DNA of 63,533 nucleotides, counting the filler, from Octopus bimaculoides (lineage: Eukaryota), in the NCBI RefSeq assembly GCF_001194135.2. It is 6 parts of 6 records of this genome, joined end to end, with 100 filler letters (N's around TTAATTAATTAA, not from the genome) between each part and the next. Parts side by side here need not be neighbours in the genome. Positions count along the whole stretch, not along the records: positions 47,168 to 55,962 come from NC_069005.1; positions 56,063 to 62,123 come from NC_069006.1; 4 more parts are not named here. The stretch is one strand, 5' to 3'. The position numbers and the translations under genes are program-made. Positions 49,341 to 61,537 of this stretch are shown here, one piece after another (position 1 is the stretch's first letter; every line of letters starts with the position of its first letter). A model generated the notes under the pieces. That model had not been told where the DNA came from. It ran no database searches and worked only from the letters and a program-made list of their open reading frames with translations.

Positions 49341-49441
49341 TGCGTTCATTTCTTCTTTAAATTTTTCTTTCATTACACAGTTTTCAGTTTTGATGATGGT
49401 GGCCTTCATCGTATGTTTAATCAACGGATTATTATTATTAT

Positions 49442-49531
<90 letters not shown>

Positions 49532-49536
49532 TATTA

Positions 49537-49589
<53 letters not shown>

Positions 49590-49590
<1 letters not shown>

Positions 49591-49935
49591 TCTGAAAGCC
49601 TCTCGGATAGTTCTTAATTACCGATTATTCTTTACTTGAAAGCAGGCAACAACAGATCACCAAAGGTTTCAAGTAGAGCCTTCCCTTATGACTCAAAGAG
49701 ACAATACTTTCCTTAGAATGCGAGCTGTGCCCAACAATGCTGTCTTCTGGATCACCTCAAGCCTGACACCAGCCCCAACATTCTTAATATTTTTCAAAGC
49801 CCTTGGAAATTGCTCCTAATGCTCCAATTATCACTGGTATCACCATTACTTTCCTTATGCCCCATACCTTTCCTATCTCGTCCCGCAGTGGCTGGTATTT
49901 CTCACTCTTTTCTGTTTCCGTCCCGCTGTGGCTGC
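49590..49935 (-). mobile_element. R4/Dong-like LINE 3' fragment 3
   Basis: EKYQPLRDEIGKVWGIRKVMVIPVIIGALGAISKGF...IQKTALLGTARILRKVLSL* (stop at 49693-49695). Confidence 0.75.
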
Positions 49936-49979
49936 TATTATTATTATTATTATTATCATTATTATTATCATTATTATTA

Positions 49980-50165
49980 AGGCAACGAGCTGGCAGGCGG
50001 AAATGCTTAGCTGTATTTCGCCCGTTCTGAGTTCAAATTCCGCCGAGGTCAACTTTGCCTTTTATCCTACGTGATCGATGAAATAAGTACCAGTGAAACA
50101 CTGGGGTCGATGTAATCGACTTATACCCTCCCCCAAAATGGCTGCCCTTGTGGCACCATTATTAT
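49980..50165 (+). mobile_element. SINE family B
   Basis: ggcaacgagctggcag...gagttcaaattccgccgaggtcaactttgcc...gggtcgatgtaatcgact; follows (ATT)n. Confidence 0.8.
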
Positions 50166-50537
50166 TATTAGTAGTAGTAGTAGTAGTAGAGCTATTGTTA
50201 TTATTATCAATTTTATTACAGTTATAGGTTAAATTTCGAACATATTGTAACCTAGAATCATTGAATTAAAAGCATTGTAAGACAACAGTCAGAAGCAAAA
50301 CAATAAAATTTTAAGCCTCCGTCAATAAATATTTCAACCAGATCTTATCATTGTATAAAACATGTCTGTCATTGAAACACTACAAATAAACAAAGATTTC
50401 TTTGACCACGTATGGATTGATATCTCTTTAAGTTATTGACTATCACGAAGATATTGTATAGAATCAGTTTGATGTTCCTGTGGTGAATTACTCATGAGAT
50501 TTCATGCTTTACGATAATTTTGTGTGTGTGTGTGTGT

Positions 50538-50860
50538 GTAGTATTAATAAATTAGGAGATGGAATGTGTAATAGATTTTATTGAGCACAACACATGTTTG
50601 GACCCGTCGTTCTGGGCCTCTTCGGGTACATCAATAAAAAAAATGCCTCCCAAGAGATTTCTTGGGTCGGCTTACGCACCACTATATGTCCATCAAATTT
50701 GAGATTGATGGACATATACCAGTGTGTAAACCGACCCAAGAAATCTCTAGTGACACTTTTTTATTGATGTATCCGAAGAGAGCCATAACGTCGGGTCGAA
50801 ACATGTATTGCGCTCAATAATATCTATTACACATTCCATTTCCTATCTTATTAATACTAC
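50538..50860. repeat. Long inverted repeat (~158-bp arms, 8-nt loop), probably Penelope-derived
   Basis: 50538-50696 is the reverse complement of 50705-50860 (for example gtagtattaataa/ttattaatactac and ctatatgtccatcaa/ttgatggacatata); about 85% identity by eye. Confidence 0.9.
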
Positions 50861-51843
50861 ATATATATATATATATATATANNNNNNNNNNNNNNNNNNN
50901 NNNNNNNNNNNNNNNNNNNNNNNNNNNNNNNNNNNNNNNNNNNNNNNNNNNNNNNNNNNNNNNNNNNNNNNNNNNNNNNNNNNNNNNNNNNNNNNNNNNN
51001 NNNNNNNNNNNNNNNNNNNNNNNNNNNNNNNNNNNNNNNNNNNNNNNNNNNNNNNNNNNNNNNNNNNNNNNNNNNNNNNNNNNNNNNNNNNNNNNNNNNN
51101 NNNNNNNNNNNNNNNNNNNNNNNNNNNNNNNNNNNNNNNNNNNNNNNNNNNNNNNNNNNNNNNNNNNNNNNNNNNNNNNNNNNNNNNNNNNNNNNNNNNN
51201 NNNNNNNNNNNNNNNNNNNNNNNNNNNNNNNNNNNNNNNNNNNNNNNNNNNNNNNNNNNNNNNNNNNNNNNNNNNNNNNNNNNNNNNNNNNNNNNNNNNN
51301 NNNNNNNNNNNNNNNNNNNNNNNNNNNNNNNNNNNNNNNNNNNNNNNNNNNNNNNNNNNNNNNNNNNNNNNNNNNNNNNNNNNNNNNNNNNNNNNNNNNN
51401 NNNNNNNNNNNNNNNNNNNNNNNNNNNNNNNNNNNNNNNNNNNNNNNNNNNNNNNNNNNNNNNNNNNNNNNNNNNNNNNNNNNNNNNNNNNNNNNNNNNN
51501 NNNNNNNNNNNNNNNNNNNNNNNNNNNNNNNNNNNNNNNNNNNNNNNNNNNNNNNNNNNNNNNNNNNNNNNNNNNNNNNNNNNNNNNNNNNNNNNNNNNN
51601 NNNNNNNNNNNNNNNNNNNNNNNNNNNNNNNNNNNNNNNNNNNNNNNNNNNNNNNNNNNNNNNNNNNNNNNNNNNNNNNNNNNNNNNNNNNNNNNNNNNN
51701 NNNNNNNNNNNNNNNNNNNNNNNNNNNAAAAGAAAGTTTATAATCCATAAAATCTATAAAATATTAGATTAAAAAGTTAATTCAGTTTAGTAAATTTATA
51801 AAGACGAAAGTGAATAATAGTTACGCGCGTTTCTCTAAATTAT

Positions 51844-51885
<42 letters not shown>

Positions 51886-52304
51886 TCTTTTTTTACTCTT
51901 TTTACTCGTTTCAGCCATGTGGCTGTGGTCATGCTGGAGCACCATACTTTTATAAAACAAATTTTACAAAATATATAGTATCTGTCTACAGTCTTAGCAA
52001 AAAGCTCACAGGTGAGTTTTTGTATATACATATATACATATGTCTCTTAAAAGATAGAGCTCAAAATCGATGCATTGAAGATAGTTTATTGCAGCAACAA
52101 TTATAATAGCAGAAACAACCACAATAAGCCAAACCTATGCACATTTCAATAGGGTATCCAAGATAAATAAACCACATCATAAGATGTCTCATAAAATATT
52201 GTAACATATTACAACATATTACAAATTACAAATTATAAATTGCTGGATACTCCATCTCTTCACGGTCGCATTATTGCCATCACCAATACTACTATTATTA
52301 GCAA

Positions 52305-52341
<37 letters not shown>

Positions 52342-52344
52342 AAA

Positions 52345-54620
52345 ACAAAAAGGAAAAATCGACTGATAGACGTCAGTTTATTAATATAACTCCTATTTCG
52401 AATAACATCGATTTCTTATAACCTACAATTGTTTCTATATTCAATTAATACAAATTAAAAATAATTAGATTATAGATGCATTTCGAATATAGTAGCTTGA
52501 ACATTTCGTCAGGGTTAGACATCAACACAAAAAGGAATCATATCCCAATGGACCGAGGGATCATTGACAGACTCAGCCTTTCAACATTCATTCTGTTTTT
52601 AAAAAACCGTTACTGATGTATATGCAATTTTGTTTTTATTGTTACTTTTATTTTTATTATATTTTATTTGCGTGCGTGTGCCTGTTAATATATTAAAAAA
52701 AAACAACAAAGGAACCGTTATATTTGCATAAACAATACTTTCGGATACAATTAATAGTAAGTAAATCTATTTATTCTTAAATTTTCATTATTACTTGTGA
52801 GAGTATGAACGCTATTATAGCTTAATTAGTTAATTAACAATTATTTTTCGGGTCACTTAGTCACAAATGCTAATTTTAACAATTAATCACTAATTTTCTT
52901 TTAATTAATATAATCTATGCTATTAATCATAGTTATTGGTTACTATGTGACTATGACGGATTCAATCTGCTTACTATAAACGATTGTTCAATATGTTTTT
53001 TTTAATTTTAATAATAATAAGAAAATACGAAAAGATAATATTCGAGGAATATATCAATATTTACAAAATTATATCTATTAACCAATAAATATATACTTCT
53101 AAAGTTGGTTTTAGGTTTATGGAATGGTTCATGGTTCCCAGTAACAAGGTTAAGGTTTACATCTAGATAGTTAACTGACTCATGCTCATTTTCGATAGTT
53201 ATTGAGAGACCAAATGTTTTTTTTAATTTATAAAATTTCTTCTTATACAGCTCTAATTTTCTATTAGATATGTTTCTAACGGTTAAAAGCGCTTCATCCT
53301 TATACAAACCACACTCAAGCTCAGGAAAATCCCTGTTTAAATAAAATAGAATATATATGCCTACTAGATCAGTGACCTGCGCAGAATCCGCAGATTCCAT
53401 TATTATATCAAACCCATCAATACTGCTTTTTAAATCCAATATTGGTTGTCAAATCCAATAACTGTCTCCCTGGCAACTAAAATTACGGTAATTTCTCCCT
53501 TACTTAGTTTAGAGTATTTTTCTCGCAAAGAGAATAGCATTGTTTAATATTAGATGGTTAATAGAAGAGTAATAATTATCTATATCAATCTGTAAAAATT
53601 TATTTCTATTTATGATTTCAATTCGATTAAACCATTTATTATTTCGTTCGTATTAGTCCAAAGCTGTAACTTTATCGCATTTTTAAGAATAGGTATATAA
53701 TAGCTTTAATCAATCTACCTAAGTCCGATTTACCTGGACAAATTAATTTTACTTACGGGTTACCATAGAAATTGCCCTTATGGTCCTTCCGAATAATCCT
53801 TGCTCTTTTTGGAACGAAAGGTTCAGTCCTATCATCCAATTTGTAATTAGTCATTATCTTTTTGAATATTAAGTTGATAGTTCTTAATACATTCTTTTTA
53901 GTTATTTTATAGCTTTCAGTAATTTCCTTTTTTAATAGTCCATGATAGTAATTTATACCTAGATTATATAAGGTTACTAGTCTTGTCCGAGTGTACGATA
54001 TCATCATCCTTTAGGTTTTTTCAGGTACTCTTTTCCTCTATGGGAATGTTTCTTAAATTTAACATTTGCTACTATTTTTCACAACATATCTTCAAAGCTC
54101 GTCAGGTGAATATTTGGTGGTGAGCATCTTTTAGTCCTAAAGTTTTTCAATAGTGGTGCAGCTTCGTCAGTTTTGGTACTTCCTTGTTTTTCCATTTTCT
54201 TGTCAAAGTAGAATGCTTTCCACCTGAGTCCATGGATGAATTCTGCCGTTTTTTTTTTAATCAGATCCTTAATAAATTCCTTTTTGGGTGGAACTGGTAT
54301 GTCTTTCATTTAAATTTCAAATTCAATTCTCTCCATTTTGTCGGTGGAAACTTGTATTAACCTACTTCAGTAGTTATATATACTTATTATGATGAGGACA
54401 TACACCTCTTAAAGGGATGTTGGCATCAAAGTTCCCCGGTTTAATCCAGCGTATTGGTGAAATAATAAAAAGAAGTTAGCTTCTCATCGATGCAAATGGA
54501 TATATTATCATTTATGTATAAGAAAAAGAAAAAAGAAAAATCGACAGATAGATATCTATTTATTAATATAACTCCAATTTCGAACAACATTGATTTCTTA
54601 TAACCTACAAGATTTCTTAT
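52345..54620 (-). mobile_element. Decayed Penelope-like element flanked by ~95-bp direct repeats
   Basis: MKDIPVPPKKEFIK...FIHGLRWKAFYF (N-terminus); FDIIMESADSAQVTDLVGIYIL...GLYKDEAL...VNYLDVNLNL...PFHKP (PLE RT). Direct repeats at 52345-52439 and 54527-54620. Confidence 0.8.
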
Positions 54621-54699
54621 AACCAAGAAATGAAAACATACATTGTTGATATATGGGCAGAACACAGCCATTCAAAACTTACCAACTTTCTAAATGTTG

Positions 54700-55115
54700 T
54701 AAGATCTATTTTGTTCACAAAGTGCGGATGGAATCGGAAATTTTGGCAAGAATGTTTCAACTGTATCAAAGAGACAAAAATAATATTAAAGGTTCGGACG
54801 CGATAAGGATACCACTATTCCTTCAACAGTTTCAAAACTTTTTTGATTTCAATCCCGGAAAAACAATGAGGGCCATCACCAAAGAACTTCAGAAGCCGAA
54901 GTGGATAGTCAGAACGGTGGGGCAGAAGAAGGACAAGTCGTGTATACTGAGGAGAGGGTAATTCATGTCTGCAAAGACACAGTGAAATTGTTTGATCCTT
55001 GCCAAACTGGAATTTTACTAAGCCTAAAATCTCTCACAAACCTGACAAGATTTGGTTCTCTGATGAGAAAAACTTTGAGTAAGACCACAAGTCCAACAGA
55101 AAAAAGATGACAGTC
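54700..55115 (+). mobile_element. maT-like transposase fragment (same family as 35730)
   Basis: IRIPLFLQQ...NPGKTMRAITKEL; ttcatgtctgcaaagacacag is shared with the 36120 region; WFSDEKNFE (first catalytic D). Confidence 0.65.
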
Positions 55116-55913
55116 AGTAGAATCAACCTCAGGATGCTGTGATTGTAAGGAAAACTTCTTAAGCACTCAACCATGCAGCTTTTAAATAAATTCCAACAGC
55201 AAACGAATTACGAGTTTATAAGGTGGGTTAGAAGAAAATGTGGAGTGCTTGTAATGAAAGAGTATAGTTTGTCAGAGAATGGTTTACAAATTAATAAAAA
55301 AAAAAGGCAGGTGAAGTCTGGTCAAGTGTTGCTCACCTTCGATTCTCTTCTATTTCGCAGCCATGTGTATATGTGTGTGTGGGAGGTGGGGCAATGCACA
55401 CGCGCGTGGGCATAGGATTTGTGTGTGTGTATGAAAACACACAAATACATACATACGTATATATATGCACATGCACTTAAGTCCAAATATATTGAGTAAT
55501 TCAGTAGTATTCATAATAATGATCCTTAATATATCATTCTACAAAACATAAAATATATAACACCATACAGGAGAAAACGATAAGGAGTGTATAAAGTCAT
55601 ACATTATTTACATGTTTTAAGTTACGAAACAATTTGTCGTGATATTTGAATTTTCTTATTGTTTAAATAAAATTTCCTCAAACTATTTCACTATATACAC
55701 ATGCATGCATGCATGTATGTATGTATGTATGTATATCCATGCTTATGATGACATGTGTAAGAATGTTCAGTTTATGTATGCGTGTAGGGGAGGGGATGTA
55801 CGTACGTACGTATGTAGGTATGCATGTATTCTGTCGAGCAGTGATAATATTAGTAACGGTCTGGCTGCTGTTACTGCTGCTCATGGTTATAATGATGATG
55901 ATGATGATGGTGG

Positions 55914-55962
<49 letters not shown>

Positions 55963-56138
55963 NNNNNNNNNNNNNNNNNNNNNNNNNNNNNNNNNNNNNN
56001 NNNNNNTTAATTAATTAANNNNNNNNNNNNNNNNNNNNNNNNNNNNNNNNNNNNNNNNNNNNATATATAGGGATTTACTTTTCGTAATGAGATAAAAACT
56101 CAAGTCTGTGTATAATATAGAACATTTATAAATAGAAG

Positions 56139-56186
56139 GTCTTACAGCTGTTTCCAGGATATTTATTGTATCTCTTCATCGAAGAC
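56139..56186 (-). ncRNA. Type I hammerhead-ribozyme-like motif (degenerate, Penelope type)
   Basis: Minus strand reads GTCT-TCGATGA-AGAGATAcaataaaTATCCTG-GAAA-C AGCT G-TA-AGAC: 4-bp helix I, palindromic helix III (ACAGCTGT), GUA cleavage triplet. The core is TCGATGA rather than CTGATGA. Confidence 0.45.
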
Positions 56187-56296
56187 GGTGTGAGAGGATG
56201 GTTAAGCAATAGTTAGTTTAGATAAGATAGGAAATAGAGAATATATGTAGGGATATTGTGTTTGTACATCCATTGTTTAGGCAGAATGGTATACAT

Positions 56297-56421
56297 ATAA
56301 GATTCCAATACATTGTGAGTAAAATCCAATAGTCTTGAAAATTGGTCATTGCATTTGTAAATCCATTATTAAGATTCCAATACTCTATGAGTAAAATCCA
56401 ACAGTCTTTGAAATTGGTCAT
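56297..56421. repeat. 72-bp tandem duplication (about 2 copies)
   Basis: gattccaata...gagtaaaatccaa..gtc..gaaattggtcatt begins at 56301 and again at 56373. Confidence 0.8.
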
Positions 56422-56594
56422 TCCAAATACAGAGTTTATACACAGTGTTATTAATCAAGGGTTCTATACATATGCATATATGCATATATATATACATATA
56501 TATGTATATATATGCATATATGCATATATATAGGCATATATACATATATATATATATGCATACACACGCTCACACACAGACATATGTATGTATG

Positions 56595-56627
<33 letters not shown>

Positions 56628-57060
56628 NNNNNNNNNNAAGCAACCATTTTCGTCAAATGAATTCATGAACTTCAAAATAAAGGACATTCGGAATGGTTTA
56701 ACAGTTTAAAATCCATGGAGTAAAAACCTTTACAGTAATTCTGCTACTATTTATGTTGTACATATCCTTTCTCCCTCTTCCAACACACATAAATACCATC
56801 AATTTTATTAACCGACGTTTCCTGCCATGTAGCAACAGTCGTAAGGACACAAAATACATCTCACTGCGATCTTTAAAATAAAAAATATGTGAGCTTTTGG
56901 AAATGATCTTATAACAGTATAATTTCATTGTTTTTGTTGCTTTCAATTTTTATTCTCGTTTTATTCCAGTATGAAGAAATCGTATTAACACGATTGAAAC
57001 CGAAAACTGCTTCGATAAAAATGTCGATACTGTCCTGCTGTTTCCTATGATACAATGATA

Positions 57061-58320
57061 CAGTTCACCCCAAAATTTATAAACACTTTAAATAATTGTA
57101 AAGTAGGTGTTTATTAAAATTACATTTCATTTTCAATATTTAATAGATTCTACACGCATTATTTTATTGTTTTGTCAATGCCTGTTTTCAAACTGCGTCC
57201 GTTCTGGTCCAGGCATTCCTGACAACGAAAGGCAATGGAATCGCAAACATCACGAAACAATTCGTTTGGTATTTGTGTTCAATGGCTGCTCTCAAATCAG
57301 CGACTGTTGTAGGCTTCATAGCGTAGACCTTGTCTTTTAGGTATCCCCATAAAAAAAGTCTAGCGGTGCGAGGTCTGATGAACGCGGAGGGTATTCAACG
57401 AAACCCCTTCGTCTATTCCACCTGTTTGGCAGGATCTCATCAAGGAAGGGTCTAACATAGCGATGGTAGTGTGAGGGTGTCCCATCTTGCTGAAAATAAA
57501 ACTCCTCATCTTCAAAGTCTTCTCTAATGCTTGGCATTGCAGACTGTTGCAGCAAGTTCAAGTAAACGGGACCAGTCCCAGTAGCATCACAAACGAATGG
57601 TCCAATTAATCCTCTTGATGATAAGACACATCACACTGTAACTCCTGGTAAATTAACATGGTGTTCTACCATAACATGCGGATTCTCAGGTCCTCAATAG
57701 GTGTAATTGTGGCGGTTAATTGAACCATTTAATTTGAATGTGACCTCATCACTCCACACAATCTTTGTTGGAAAGTGTGCATCTTCTACACATTGTGCCA
57801 AGTACCTCGTGCAATACTGCACTCTTCGGTCTGGATCATCCTCATTAATAGCAAGGACTAATCTTGGAACGTAACTTTTCCATTGACAACGTTTCAAAAT
57901 GCGTTGGACAAGCGATTTTGGAATACCTACCTCATGACACGCTTGCCGCATAGATTTTCTTGGACTTTGGTGATTCGTTTCCTGTACTCGTTCTTGCTTT
58001 GTGGGGGTTGTTGATGTTCGTGGTCTTCTGGAATGCTTCTCGTAGACATTCTGAACAACTCCATCGGCTTCAAACTTATCTCTAATTCGAGTGATGCTAA
58101 GTCGCATTGGTGGATCTGTTTGAAACTCCACCCCCGCCTAAACTGTCTTTGCACATTAACTGCGTTTTAACATTTCCAGTAGCATTTTAGAATGAATTTC
58201 CTTTGTTCAAAGATTTGTCTGGGTGCCATCATTAATTCCAATGGGTTTCATCTGGAATGAAAAAAACATTAATTGCGTTATCAGTTGCTAAAGTGTGTAT
58301 ACATTTTTAGGGACACCCTG
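57061..58320 (-). mobile_element. Full-length (1260 bp) DD41D rosa/VS-type Tc1/mariner element with a pseudogenised transposase (57175-58229)
   Basis: TA on both flanks; degenerate TIRs cagggtgtccctaaaaatgtatacacacttt / cagttcaccccaaaatttataaacacttt. Motifs IVWSDE...FQQDGTPSH...[14 protein letters not shown] with 41 residues between D2 and D3; several stops and frameshifts. Confidence 0.9.
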
Positions 58321-59567
58321 TATATACACACAGAGACTATATATGTAACATGTATTTGTAATATATCTGTATTCGTACATAATATATATATATATATATA
58401 TATATATAAGTGCATATATATACATCCGTAAACATAAGTTCATATATACATACATACATGCAGTGAAATACAGTCAAGCCTAGAAAGACATGGCTTTTTT
58501 TCCGGTTTTTGCCAGTTGTGAAGCCAAACAAATTGCAGGCGTTTGCAAATGGCGAAAAACAAGGCGGAAATTCAACGTTTTCCCTTCAACACTCAAACAT
58601 TGCCAACAATGTTTATTGACAAGATTCTGTAATCCTACATAGATCATCTCGTATAATTGGTGTAACAGTCATATATAAACTAGAATAGAAACACCACCTC
58701 CTTTTCTCCTCCGCCACAGCATCTTATTCGCAACCATTCACCTCCACGTCTTCAAGAAGTACGTTGATAATACTTGCAAGTGTGAAAGGTAATTATTGTA
58801 GCAGCCGTTGATTGCCAGAATTGCTAAACCTTGATATATACTAAATATGGCTCCGGTAAGGACACTGACCTGATGTTTTCTCTTTCGTTAAAACAGCCCC
58901 ACTCTCTTACTAAAATGTAATTAATTGTGTTATAAATATCAAAGTTTATCTCTAGATACTTCATAAAAGGTGGTTGGTTGATTATCAGGTATTATTAACG
59001 AGTTTCATTCTCTTTATCCACGTACAAGAAAAAGAGAATAGGGTAAAAATTTGTTAAACATGAGTTTATTAGCCAAGATATTCGTGTCGCCATTATTAAA
59101 AGATATAACTTATAAACATATGAATATTAAAAATTAAATTTCTAAGTTCGGATGGGCATTTGATCATCTTAGAAGCGTTTCTTTATTGCAGTTTAATGTT
59201 TGTAGCGTAATTTAAAAAGAGGGAAGCTAGCAACTCCTTATAGATCGATGGATGAAAAGGAAAGGTAAAAAAAAACAGACACACAAACACACACGAAACA
59301 AACAAACATCCTTGCATCCTTGCCTTAATGAGGGAGTTGAAGTGTTCGTCACTGAACAAGCACGGAAATTTCACGTAGGATATTGAGCTGACATCCTGGT
59401 TTCATAAATTGTGGCACTTTTGCTCTCGATCAAGACAATAACAAATTCATTCTCTTCAGATGTTTCCCCATTTTCTTTATCGAAATACAAGCTTTTATAT
59501 TTAACAAGACATCATACATGTATACACATATACAGTCTTACGGTGGTCACACACATTCACACAAATG

Positions 59568-59609
<42 letters not shown>

Positions 59610-60920
59610 TGCATACACACACACACATATATGCACAGACATTTTGAAATAAGTGTATTGGTTTCTTTAATTCAAGTGATTGCTTTCTGTTCTTTTTCAC
59701 TACTATAAANNNNNNNNNNNNNNNNNNNNNNNNNNNNNNNNNNNNNNNNNNNNNNNNNNNNNNNNNNNNNNNNNNNNNNNNNNNNNNNNNNNNNNNNNNN
59801 NNNNNNNNNNNNNNNNNNNNNNNNNNNNNNNNNNNNNNNNNNNNNNNNNNNNNNNNNNNNNNNNNNNNNNNNNNNNNNNNNNNNNNNNNNNNNNNNNNNN
59901 NNNNNNNNNNNNNNNNNNNNNNNNNNNNNNNNNNNNNNNNNNNNNNNNNNNNNNNNNNNNNNNNNNNNNNNNNNNNNNNNNNNNNNNNNNNNNNNNNNNN
60001 NNNNNNNNNNNNNNNNNNNNNNNNNNNNNNNNNNNNNNNNNNNNNNNNNNNNNNNNNNNNNNNNNNNNNNNNNNNNNNNNNNNNNNNNNNNNNNNNNNNN
60101 NNNNNNNNNNNNNNNNNNNNNNNNNNNNNNNNNNNNNNNNNNNNNNNNNNNNNNNNNNNNNNNNNNNNNNNNNNNNNNNNNNNNNNNNNNNNNNNNNNNN
60201 NNNNNNNNNNNNNNNNNNNNNNNNNNNNNNNNNNNNNNNNNNNNNNNNNNNNNNNNNNNNNNNNNNNNNNNNNNNNNNNNNNNNNNNNNNNNNNNNNNNN
60301 NNNNNNNNNNNNNNNNNNNNNNNNNNNNNNNNNNNNNNNNNNNNNNNNNNNNNNNNNNNNNNNNNNNNNNNNNNNNNNNNNNNNNNNNNNNNNNNNNNNN
60401 NNNNNNNNNNNNNNNNNNNNNNNNNNNNNNNNNNNNNNNNNNNNGTATAATGTGTGTGTGTATGTGTGTACATACATACATGTATATGCATGCACACATG
60501 TATATGAACATGCGTATATATATATATATATATATATAGATATATAAGGTGTGTGTGTGTGTATAATTATCTTTCCCAGCATCAAACTGATATAGAACAG
60601 AGCACCGTTCTATCGCTATCCATCAACCAAATCAGGTTACGGATTAACTGATTACAACAACACAACGAGTAAGTTTTCCTTTCCTCTTCCAATTTACATA
60701 TAAACGTCCAGCTTATTCTATTTAGACGTATCGTCTGCGTATCATCTCGCTCGCATCGGCGCTAATTTGATAATGAAATAGTCGTGTACAAAAACCGGTT
60801 CCTTCATCTATAGATGTCTACGAAATTTAAATGCTCCTCCCCTTCATTCTGTTATGTCAAAATACGAAGAAGATAAATATACAATGTCGCCATAGTAACA
60901 CCAACGAGCTTTATATAATA

Positions 60921-61265
60921 CTAGCTGTTGGACCCGGCGTTGCTCGCGTTTTCCGTGTTGAAGTTAAGCCCACCTCTGACCTTGTATTGAATAAGCGTTT
61001 CTTTAGAGACTATTCTATCGATTTTGTTGAAATTTTACACGTGAAAAAATGCAAAAACTGCATTTCCTGTCAAATGCCCAATTGAGCTCAGAAAAATCGA
61101 TGCTAACTGAGCATTATCGAGTTTTCGAAAAATTCCGACCATATTTGAACTTCATGGCATATGATCTACCTATGTACCAAAAATCATTAAAATCAGTTGG
61201 ATGGTGTGGGAGGAATTAGAGTAACCGCAAATACACAGACACCATTACACATTTATGTATATAGA
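60921..61265 (-). mobile_element. Non-autonomous Helitron (345 bp)
   Basis: Minus strand A|TCTATATACATAAA...GCGAGCAACGCCGGGTCCAACAGCTAG|T: canonical TC/CTAG ends inserted between A and T, no TSD. Confidence 0.8.
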
Positions 61266-61537
61266 TAGTACTGAGTCAAAAGTTTTGCAATACTTTGGTA
61301 GCTTATTTGCTCTATTCATGTTACAACAAAAGCAGCCTAGAATTAGAGGTAGAGGCCATTGTGTTGCACCATGTGATGCCACTTTTCTGCGAGTTCTTTG
61401 ATTCCATGCTGATACCAGTTCTTGTCCTTTGAAGCGAAGAACTCTTTCAGTGAAGCTTCCACCTCTTCTTGAGTGGTGAAGCATTGCGAACTCAGGGAGT
61501 GGGCCATGGATCGGAACAACGAATAATCTGAGGGAGA
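61266..61537 (-). mobile_element. mariner transposase C-terminus plus 3' TIR
   Basis: In a frame not on the ORF track: SPSDYSLFRSMAHSL...EEVEASLKEFFASKDKNWYQHGIKELAEKW...HNGLYL* (stop at 61343-61345), then gcaaaacttttgactcagtacta. Confidence 0.8.
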
